A program made the translations under genes and the position numbers. Source: Eledone cirrhosa (taxonomy: Eukaryota). Taken from it: a stretch of DNA of 64,000 bases. The notes under the pieces are model-generated. The model was not told the origin of the DNA and did not search any database. It saw only the letters and a list, made by a program, of their open reading frames with translations. Shown here one piece after another: positions 63,101 through 64,000 of this stretch (the first letter of the stretch is position 1; each line of letters begins with the position of its first letter). The DNA is taken from positions 33,232,001-33,296,000 of the forward strand of contig OZ024747.1 in NCBI GenBank assembly GCA_964016885.1, given 5' to 3'.

Positions 63101-64000
63101 AACCATAACAGAAATAACACTAGCAACGTTAACTACAATACATGTAACAACTATAACAGAAATAACACTAGTAACGTTAGCAACGATACATGTCACAACC
63201 ATAACAGAAATAACACGAGTAACTTTAACAACAATACATGTAACAACCATAACAGAAATAACATTAGCAACGTTAACAACAATACATGTAACAACCATAA
63301 CAGAAATAACACTAACAACGTTAACAACAATACATGTAACAACCATAACAGAAATATCACTAACAACGTTAACAACAATATATGTAACAACCATAACAGA
63401 AATAATACTAACACAGTTAACAACAACTATAACAGAAATAACACTCACAACGGTAACAACAACACGTGTAACAACCATAACAGAAATAACACTAGTAACG
63501 TTAACAACAATACATGTAACAAACATAACAGAAATTATACAAGTAAAATTAGCAACAATACATGTAACAATCTTAATAGAAATAACACTAACAACGTTAA
63601 CAACAATACATGTCACAACCATAACAGAAATAAAACGAGTAACGTTAACAACAATACATGTAACAACCATAACAGAAATAACACTAACGACGTTAACAAA
63701 AATACATATAACAACCATAACAGAAATAACACTAACAAAGTTAACAACAACTATAACAGAAATAACACTCACAACGGTAACAACAATACATGTAACAACA
63801 ATAACAGAAATAACACTAGTAACGTTAACAACAATACGTGTAACAACCATAACAGAAATAACACTAACAACGTTAACAACAATACATGTAACAACCATAA
63901 CAGAAATAAGACTAACAACGTTAACAACAACCATAACAGAAATAACACTAACAACGTTAACAACAATACATGTAACAAACATAACAGAAATAACACTAAC
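57100..64000 (+). repeat. Satellite domain V: more heterogeneous monomers, diverged ~3.3 kb duplication and long-range copied patches
   Basis: There are many low-copy substitutions (AATAGCAC, ATAACTCTA, ACATGGGC, GCAGTAGC). Paired markers are CGTTACCAAC 58241/61567 and TGTAAAAACA ~58821/62195. Identical pseudo-ORFs lie at 57563 and 63193. Confidence 0.75.

Larger units (their letters stand above)
1..64000 (+). repeat. 48-bp tandem satellite array, consensus AACAACCATAACAGAAATAACACTAACAACGTTAACAACAATACATGT, single orientation, runs off both window ends
   Basis: The monomer recurs continuously from the first to the last line. Consensus composition is A26 C11 T8 G3 (29% GC, strong strand asymmetry). 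All ORF translations are 16-aa periodic (TTITEITLTTLTTIHV, NNHNRNNTNNVNNNTC, TCIVVNVVSVISVMVV, HVLLLTLLVLFLLWLL). Confidence 0.99.

Noticed and set aside
99-63996. Long minus-strand Val/Ile-rich and Leu-rich 'membrane protein' ORFs (up to 2,252 aa)
   Set aside because: They are translations of the monomer. In the Val frame only one possible single substitution (TGT>TGA) makes a stop, so long ORFs are expected. ORFs switch between Val and Leu patterns at 1-bp indels, overlap in several frames and contain no unique domain.
1-64000. CRISPR array or repeat-spacer system
   Set aside because: There are no unique spacers; monomers abut directly and differ only by point variants. No cas genes or leader are present.
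1-64000. Telomerase-made telomeric repeat or G-quadruplex array (GT-rich minus strand)
   Set aside because: There are no G runs. The unit is 48 bp, with inherited variants and kb-scale duplications that indicate recombinational amplification. A subtelomeric location cannot be excluded from this window.
1-64000. TALE-like or diversity-generating coding repeat with a variable-residue code
   Set aside because: Frameshifts and stops are propagated through the array, and no flanking domains, reverse transcriptase or recombinase are present.
1-64000. Assignment of source organism or centromere function
   Set aside because: No unique sequence is available. Array size and HOR structure suggest a eukaryote, but nothing more specific can be supported without a database search.

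Overview
The whole 64 kb window is one uninterrupted head-to-tail tandem array, most likely eukaryotic satellite DNA. The monomer is 48 bp, AACAACCATAACAGAAATAACACTAACAACGTTAACAACAATACATGT (exact copy at 20-67), present in roughly 1,350 copies (estimated from length). I see no unique sequence, inversion, transposon, RNA gene or credible protein-coding gene. The ORFs in the track are translations of the monomer: 48 is a multiple of 3 and four of six frames of the consensus have no stop codon. The real information lies in the variant pattern. The monomer looks built from an (AAC)n/TAACAACNN simple repeat (9+9+6 twice). Diagnostic variants split the array into about five successive domains with different higher-order repeats (HORs): an irregular ~2 kb patchwork, a regular 1320/1319-bp (28+28 monomer) HOR, a 1.6/3.2 kb nested HOR, a near-identical 6,951-bp tandem duplication, and a more diverged right end with long-range copied patches. 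I found no evidence for a new gene system. Coordinates were read by eye and domain edges are approximate.
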